Under the pieces are notes generated by a model. The model worked only from the letters and a program-made list of their open reading frames with translations, was not told the origin of the DNA and ran no database searches. Below are positions 8,723-12,034 of a stretch of DNA of 12,034 bases, piece by piece. The DNA comes from Anthoceros angustus (taxonomy: Eukaryota; Plantae; Anthocerotophyta). Position 1 is the stretch's first letter; every line of letters begins with the position of its first letter. The stretch is from NCBI GenBank assembly GCA_010909165.1, contig VJWM01000421.1, positions 1-12,034 of the forward strand, read 5' to 3'. Both the position numbers and the translations under genes were made by a program.

Positions 8723-9328
8723 ATGGGTGGGGATCCTTCATTCAAAGCAGGGCCTGTGAACAAGTGGAGACGCTGCACCTCGGAGAAGTTCGAAGCTAGC
8801 GAGAGGTATAAGCGGGAGAGAGGTGAGGCTAGGGTCAAGAGAGAGGCAAAACCAAGAAGGGTAGAGCAACAGACCAGTGGTCAAAGCCACACCGCTGGGG
8901 GAGCGCACCACGGTGGGGAGCCACCACGGTGGTGGAGCCGCCATCGTCATGGAAGAAGGACCCAAGGTGGGGAAGCCACCGTCTGAGAGGGGGATGCAAC
9001 CCCTCGATTCCTGTGAAGCATTGTCCACAGGAGCCGGGCATACCCTTCACAGGTTGTGCTCGAGGAAATGAGCAAGGCGGAGGCTAGAGCGTGGATGGAG
9101 GAACGCACTGTTTGGCTGTCCAGCGATGAGGAGCGAGGAAACGCGGCGCAGGGGCGAGAGACGGCGCCTCCTAGGAGGAGTGAAGGGACCTCGGATAGCG
9201 GGAGTGAGGTGGAGATATTAAGGGAGGATCTTCCGGATCAGAGGCGTGGTAGGAGAGCGAGGGAACACCCATGGGCCGGGGCTAGGCCACAGGAGGCAAG
9301 CGCTGATTTTAGAGGGAGCGCATCATAG
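8723..9328 (+). CDS. Putative LTR-embedded ORF (~200 aa), 3' LTR copy
   Basis: ATG 8723 and TAG 9328 are in the same frame (606 nt). Track ORFs 8666-8986 and 9056-9328 share that frame. The short break between them is open in the 5' LTR copy. Confidence 0.4.
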
Positions 9329-9787
9329 GTCGAGGCTTTCACTTGGATTAGAGGATAAGGTGCTAGGAAGCTTGTGAATTTGTAGATACCGAATTGGTAG
9401 GCGGCCATGGTAGTTAGCCATCTTTAGACACGGAGGTAGGTTAGCCATCTTTAGACACCGGAAAGTGAGCTATGAGCCTGGATGTATAAGAGACCCTTGA
9501 GTGTCTCTCTAATGCATACTGTGTGTGAGCTCCGTGTCGAATTTGTGCGTGGTTGGTTGGAGACATCCGATCGATGATGGCCGATTCAGCCGTCCTCTCA
9601 CAAGAGGGCCGGGAGATCCCCGGATGGTCGAGAGCCGAGTGACCAAGCTCCGTCTGGGTGACTAGTGGTGAAGGGTGCTCAATGCATGCCAGAGAGGGAA
9701 ATTCCAGGGACCGGGTGAGATCGGGTGTGCGAATCGCCTGGAGCCGACCACTGCCTTTCCCAACCTTGCCTAACCAGACAGTCTAAT

Positions 9788-9924
9788 CCCAAGGAGGGGT
9801 CTGTGGCCCAAGGAGGGTCTGTGGCCCAAGGAGGGGTCTGTGTGGCCCAAGGAGGGGTCTAGGTGGCCCAAGGAGAGGTCTGTGGCCCAAGAGAGGTCTG
9901 TGGCCCAAGAGAGGGGATCCGTGG
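9788..9924 (+). repeat. ~20-21 bp minisatellite in the 3' LTR, about 7 units
   Basis: Same consensus as 6076-6236. Confidence 0.9.
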
Positions 9925-10531
9925 GAACATCTTGTGCGCGTGGTGTATGAGGTCCTAGAAGAAAGGGGTGAGTGAGTCGTTGTGTGAAGAGAGTCTAGGG
10001 GTGAGCGAGAGTCCGGAAAACGCGGAACCCGAGGAAGGTTGGGAATAAATTGTGGGGTCGAGGAAATCAGCGACGGAGTGAGGTGCCGACGCGCGGGCCA
10101 TGGTGCATCCACCGTGAGCTGGGTGTGAATCCACATGAGTGTGACTTGGTGTACATGTGAATGTGCATAGGACCATAGCCCTTAACGAGCGTGAAAGGGA
10201 ACCGGGCGCCAAAAAGTCGATCGCGACGCGCCCGGCCGGGTGGGTCCCACCACGTGGGTTGATCACCACCGCGGTGGCCGAACCCACCACGCGGTGGCGG
10301 AATCCACCACGGCGGTGGCGAATCCACCACGGCGACACTACGGCCGTGGGGTCGAACTTACCACGGGTAGAGTTGATTATGGCTAGGTAGGAACGATTGT
10401 AGGAGGACTAGAACCCATAGTTTAGAACATCTTGACACAAAACCATTCCCTTGGGATCGAATCCTAGGACTATAACGACATAGAGGGTAAATGTGGCCTC
10501 TTATGCCTTTGGATGCAAAACCCATTCCATG

Positions 10532-11381
10532 TAAACACCGGCTTATAACCTCATGTTCATCATGGGCCGCCAAGTCTTGCTCTAAGTCTTGGTGCAAATT
10601 GATTAAGGTCTTGATCATCGCCTTTGTGAACTCTAACGCCTTCTTGATTATTTGAGCCAAGCGCAACTTCAACTTGTTCTCCTTCCATAAATTTTGCAGG
10701 ATTAGTAGATTTGGGACAAGTTGGCCTCGACGCTCACATTGGCATTAATAAAAAACTCGATCAAATTAACTCGCACGCTTACAACCCCATTGATGTTGGA
10801 CCATATTCGGACATAGTGCTTCTGATAGTGAACCAAACCTAGTCGAATTCTTGAATGGGCACCTATTGTACCTATTGTTCGCACGGCTAGCTATTGCATT
10901 CCAAAAAACTTCCCGGCAGCCTCCATGGTTCTAGCTTGTGAATACCGAGCTCCTCCAACTTGAAAGATGTGCTGCATATTCATGACAAATAAAGTTACCA
11001 AGCGAAGGTTGTTCAAGAATGTGACCATGGTCAAGTTCCTAGAGGTAGGGGTGAAGTCATCTACTTGTCTCACCCAAAGGATGTGTAAGATGTCGGTAAT
11101 ATAAGGAAGACCTGGGGACCTGCTATTTCCTCACTACTATTAGAGGAGGACTGCCCAAATTTATCTTCAAAGTTAGTTTCTATATCTTGAGGTGACATAA
11201 ATGCCCACGATTCCGGGCCAAAGATCTAACCATTTCCAAAATAAGGCGACTCGGGAGGTTGCTAAGAAGGGGGGGAGTTTCGCAAGAAAACCAAGGTTAG
11301 ATAGTGAACCGGTTTGGCAAGTGTGAGGAAGGTGCCCAGCCTCGGGAGGAAGGCAGGACAAACCGTGGAGGAGGCTCTCAC
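10532..11381. repeat. Copy 2 of duplicated unit, right segment (lacks 394 bp relative to copy 1)
   Basis: Colinear with ~1210-1363, then with 1758-2421. Junction AACTTGTTCT|CCTTCCATAA at 10680/10681. Confidence 0.9.
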
Positions 11382-12034
11382 TGTGGAGTGAGTTTTTGCA
11401 TCCCAAGACGCAAAGAGGCCACATTTACCCTCTATGTCGTTATAGTCCTAGGATTCGATCCCAAGGGAATGGTGTTGTGTCAAGGTGTGCTAAATCTATG
11501 GATTCTAGACCTACCCCGCCGCTCACTACCCCACCTTCTCCACCCACCGCCCAAACCCACCACTGCAGACTCGGCCACCGCAAGGGCCGGTTCGCCACCG
11601 TGGCGGGTCCCACCACGCACCGCCTCATGGAGTCTATCTGCCACCGGCCGACTAACAGACCTAGGGGCTATACACGGACACTATATACCTCACTTTACTG
11701 GGAATTTCGCGATTCCACCACACGCCCACTCCTCACGCATTTCGATTTTCCCTCACACTCTCACAATCCCTCCCAACAAGACTCATCTCTCCTCGAACCT
11801 TTCCCTTCCCAATGAACTCTCCTCGCCTCACGGGCCACATGCACCCTCCCTCCCCACACAGACCCCTCCTTGGGCTGCACCCCTCTCTCATGGAATGAAC
11901 ACACCGGTGGCAGCAGTTGGAAAAGAGGATCGAAGAAAACCCGGCGTGCTTGGGCGATTCGCCTTAGCTCCGGCAAGCCTATCACTGCCTAAAACATAAG
12001 CTACCTTCCTTAGAAACCTATCTCCTGGTGGTAG
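11382..12034 (-). mobile_element. 3' end of a related, diverged LTR inserted in the opposite orientation (3' LTR or solo LTR; truncated by the window edge)
   Basis: 11382-11508 is the near reverse complement of the last ~125 bp of the other LTRs (TGTGGAGTGAGTTTTTGCATCC...GGCCACATTTACCCTCTATGTCGTTATAGTCCTAGGATTCGATCCCAAGGGAATGG). Weaker similarity continues beyond, including one minisatellite unit at 11854-11874. It abuts host sequence rather than a PBS. Confidence 0.9.

Larger units (their letters stand above)
4769..10531 (+). mobile_element. Non-autonomous Ty3/Gypsy LTR retrotransposon (non-chromovirus, Athila-like PBS and integrase motifs; TR-GAG-like architecture), ~5.76 kb
   Basis: Two ~2.05-kb direct repeats with TGTGGAA/TTCCACA termini, a tRNA-Asp PBS after the first and a PPT before the second. 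gag and integrase remnants lie between them. Imperfect target-site duplication with an AAAC core (left GGAAACC, right TAAACA). The flanks rejoin to match the empty site at ~1206-1230. Confidence 0.95.
8489..10531 (+). repeat. 3' LTR (~2043 bp)
   Basis: Begins TGTGGAAGACCAC and ends CCCATTCCA(TG), with the terminal CA altered, after which host sequence resumes. The end is uncertain by ~2 bp. Confidence 0.95.

Overview
This is eukaryotic DNA rich in transposable elements, most likely from a land plant (plant-type tRNA-Asp primer site, short GT-AG introns). The centrepiece is a structurally complete but non-autonomous Ty3/Gypsy LTR retrotransposon at 4769-~10531 (+). It has two ~2.05-kb LTRs (TGTGGAA...TTCCACA), a tRNA-Asp PBS, a PPT, and only 1.65 kb of internal sequence. 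That internal part holds gag, a short N-terminal integrase stub and the integrase C-terminal GPF module; protease, RT, RNase H and the integrase core are absent. Each LTR carries an apparent ~200-codon ORF and several internal repeat arrays. The element is inserted into the second copy of a head-to-tail ~3.55-kb duplicated unit bearing a degenerate minus-strand ORF, and the first copy preserves the empty site. A related but diverged LTR is inserted in the opposite orientation at 11382 and runs off the window. The left end (1-~800) holds the 3' exons of a spliced gene, a long hairpin and short repeats. Paralogous copies differ mostly by 1-3 bp indels, which suggests long-read errors, so many frameshifts may be artefacts. 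No CRISPR or prokaryotic system is supported.
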